A DNA stretch of 63,455 nt, filler included, from Octopus bimaculoides (Eukaryota): NCBI RefSeq assembly GCF_001194135.2. It is 6 parts of 6 records of this genome, joined end to end, with 100 filler letters (N's around TTAATTAATTAA, not from the genome) between each part and the next. Parts side by side here need not be neighbours in the genome. Positions count along the whole stretch, not along the records: positions 60,894 to 63,455 come from NC_068986.1; 5 more parts are not named here. One strand, written 5' to 3'. The position numbers were made by a program, and so were the translations under genes. The notes beneath the pieces are model-generated. The model searched no databases. It was not told the DNA's origin and worked only from the letters and a program-made list of their open reading frames with translations. Position 1 is the stretch's first letter. Each line of letters starts with the position of its first letter. This document shows, piece after piece, positions 63,379-63,455 of the stretch.

Positions 63379-63455
<77 letters not shown>

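Overview
Eukaryotic, AT-rich, gap-ridden DNA dominated by transposon relics and microsatellites. The SINE families and the microsatellite load look like an octopus (cephalopod) genome; this is an inference from pattern recognition. No intact host protein-coding gene can be supported, and nearly all ORFs in the supplied track are microsatellite or N-gap artefacts. Supported content: (1) a dead L1/Tx1-clade LINE at 1.1-4.6 kb, minus strand; (2) five pieces of R4/Dong-type RLE LINEs, several sitting in (TAA)n tracts; (3) RTE, CR1-like and Penelope fragments; (4) many tRNA-derived SINEs, in tandem and nested; (5) a ~4.2 kb degenerate interstitial (TTAGGG)n array with internal higher-order structure, plus a short second array; (6) two inverted copies of the same dead DD34D mariner bracketing ~7.5 kb; (7) Helitron-type pieces: an STPR-repeat mini-ORF, a 3' end preceded by a 95-bp satellite, and a HINE-like element; (8) a near-perfect inverted duplication containing a tRNA-like gene; (9) two minisatellites sharing an AGCTGACG motif. 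Five 100-bp gaps contain the artificial six-frame-stop linker TTAATTAATTAA, so adjacency across them is uncertain. All identities were judged by eye and no searches were run.
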